From: Conexivisphaerales archaeon
GTDB lineage: Archaea > Thermoproteota > Nitrososphaeria > Conexivisphaerales > DTJL01
DNA: 36,855 nt
Direction of reading: 5' to 3'
Assembly (NCBI GenBank): GCA_049509455.1
Contig: JBEKZX010000012.1
Coordinates: forward strand, 1-36,855
The notes under the pieces were generated by a model, which was not told the origin of the DNA, did no database searches, and was given only the letters and a program-made list of their open reading frames with translations. Each line of letters opens with the position of its first letter. The first letter of the stretch is position 1. Shown piece after piece: positions 36,473 through 36,855 of this stretch. The translations under genes and the position numbers were made by a program.

Positions 36473-36855
36473 TTGAAGAAGCTGGGCCCGGCGCCGCCTC
36501 CGAGCTCGGAGGCGGCCCACAACGTGATGGTCGCCAACCGGGGGCGCGACACCAAGCCGGGGCTCTTGTTGAGGCGCGCGCTGTCGAAGTCGGGGATACA
36601 TGGCTTCAGGGTGAACTACCGCATCGGGACGACGCGCGTGGACGTGGCGTTCCCTTCGAAGTGGGTGGCGGTGGCGGTCCGGGGCTGCTGGTGGCATCGC
36701 TGTCCCGTGTGCAGGCTGGGCGTTCCCAATACGCACACCGGCTTCTGGGAGCGCAAGTTCGCCCTGAACGTGGAACGGGACGCGAGAGTCAGGGAGTCCC
36801 TCAGACGCGACGGATGGACCCTCCTGGAGTTCTGGGAGCACGAAGTGGAGAGGGA
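36473..36855 (+). CDS. vsr: Very short patch repair (Vsr) endonuclease, running off the window edge
   Basis: Manual translation: ...HNVMVANRGRDTKPGLLLRRAL...VDVAFPSKWVAVAVRGCWWHRCP...FWERKFALNVERDARVRESLRRDGWTLLEFWEHEV. These are Vsr hallmark motifs. The TTG start is a guess. Confidence 0.85.
   Translation, partial: MKKLGPAPPPSSEAAHNVMVANRGRDTKPGLLLRRALSKSGIHGFRVNYRIGTTRVDVAFPSKWVAVAVRGCWWHRCPVCRLGVPNTHTGFWERKFALNVERDARVRESLRRDGWTLLEFWEHEVER

Overview
A high-GC archaeal accessory region. The archaeal assignment rests on a TFB fragment, TATA-like boxes 20-40 nt upstream of starts, AGG/ATA codon usage and PEF-type surface anchors. The left two-thirds is a patchwork of unrelated modules: DMT transporter, nucleotidyltransferase, flavodoxin/dodecin, two beta-propeller proteins, orphans, DUF72, an Lrp/AsnC regulator plus ABC-2 exporter, a GNAT, a 1054-aa beta-helix surface protein and an intact IS5-family element. 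The right third holds a four-component corrinoid methyl-transfer module (two URO-D-fold methyltransferases, a corrinoid protein and a RACo-type activator). It also holds a four-gene operon (acetylene-hydratase-like Mo/W enzyme, APC permease, metallophosphoesterase, orphan nucleotidyltransferase) with a collapsed inverted paralogous remnant beside it. The window ends with a TFB C-terminal fragment, glycogen phosphorylase, an IS481 remnant, a GNAT and a partial Vsr. The most striking unexplained signal is a dispersed, same-strand, non-coding repeat family. It has four copies of a ~131-138 bp unit (box A, ~45 nt divergent core, box B, with fixed 99-100 nt spacing) and an associated ~55 bp block L. 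These sit at module boundaries and form direct repeats around individual cargo genes. No recombinase gene is present in the window, so any mobility role is inference.
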